Positions 31,964 to 32,000 of a stretch of DNA of 32,000 bases are shown piece by piece. Origin of the DNA: Candidatus Methanophagaceae archaeon. Its GTDB lineage: Archaea; Halobacteriota; Syntropharchaeia; Alkanophagales; Methanospirareceae. Made by a program: the position numbers and the translations under genes. Every line of letters starts with the position of its first letter. Position 1 is the stretch's first letter. The DNA lies in NCBI GenBank assembly GCA_003194425.1, contig PQXB01000001.1:640444-672443 (forward strand). Direction: 5' to 3'. The notes below the pieces were generated by a model. That model had not been told where the DNA came from. It did no database searches and saw nothing but the letters and a program-made list of their open reading frames with translations.

Positions 31964-32000
31964 CGAAAATGGTAAAACTTTCTTTTTGAGAAAGGTTTCT

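Noticed and set aside
1-32000. Mobile elements, integrases, tRNA/rRNA genes and prophage or defence islands
   Set aside because: No transposase, integrase or Cas-like ORF, no terminal inverted repeats flanking a gene block, and no cloverleaf-like GC-rich segments were seen by eye. This is a negative result from manual inspection only. tRNAscan-SE, Infernal and ISfinder searches would be needed to confirm it.

Overview
This is a dense chromosomal segment from an archaeon. The gene content is Euryarchaeota-like: PolD small subunit, PriS primase, GINS51, eIF2-alpha, r-proteins L44e/S27e, archaeosortase, mevalonate kinase, archaeal UppS and a NifH-like/CbiX-small pair. Coding GC is roughly 54% by eye, and the spacers are short and very AT-rich. 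The proteins are rich in charged residues and the sense strands are purine-rich, which suggests a thermophile. I cannot assign a taxon without a database search. I support about 31 protein genes on both strands, almost all core metabolism or information processing. By eye I found no rRNA, tRNA, CRISPR array, transposase or integrase. The gene inventory is ordinary; five other observations are not. (1) More than half of the housekeeping genes carry perfect or near-perfect in-frame DNA tandem repeats with 9/12/15/18/21-bp units that encode low-complexity inserts. The same kind of repeat also occurs in non-coding DNA and across one stop codon. (2) A recurrent module sits at gene 3' ends: an AAACTTT core, an A/T palindrome and a CTTTACTAAAGAAA-like box. 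Two copies 28 kb apart are nearly identical over 42 nt and differ only by a complemented hairpin loop. (3) A large surface-protein locus appears to be one gene split by a 1-nt frame change. Its N-terminal part carries a GHDHDYE motif that resembles the NLP/Vps62 metal-binding heptapeptide. (4) A truncated HicB-like antitoxin remnant lies inside the conserved L44e-S27e-eIF2a operon. (5) Several gene contexts are unusual: porGD without porAB followed by a diglycine ThiS/SAMP-like gene, an orphan corrinoid protein, and an archaeosortase with no visible substrate. All family assignments come from motifs recognised by eye; nothing was searched.
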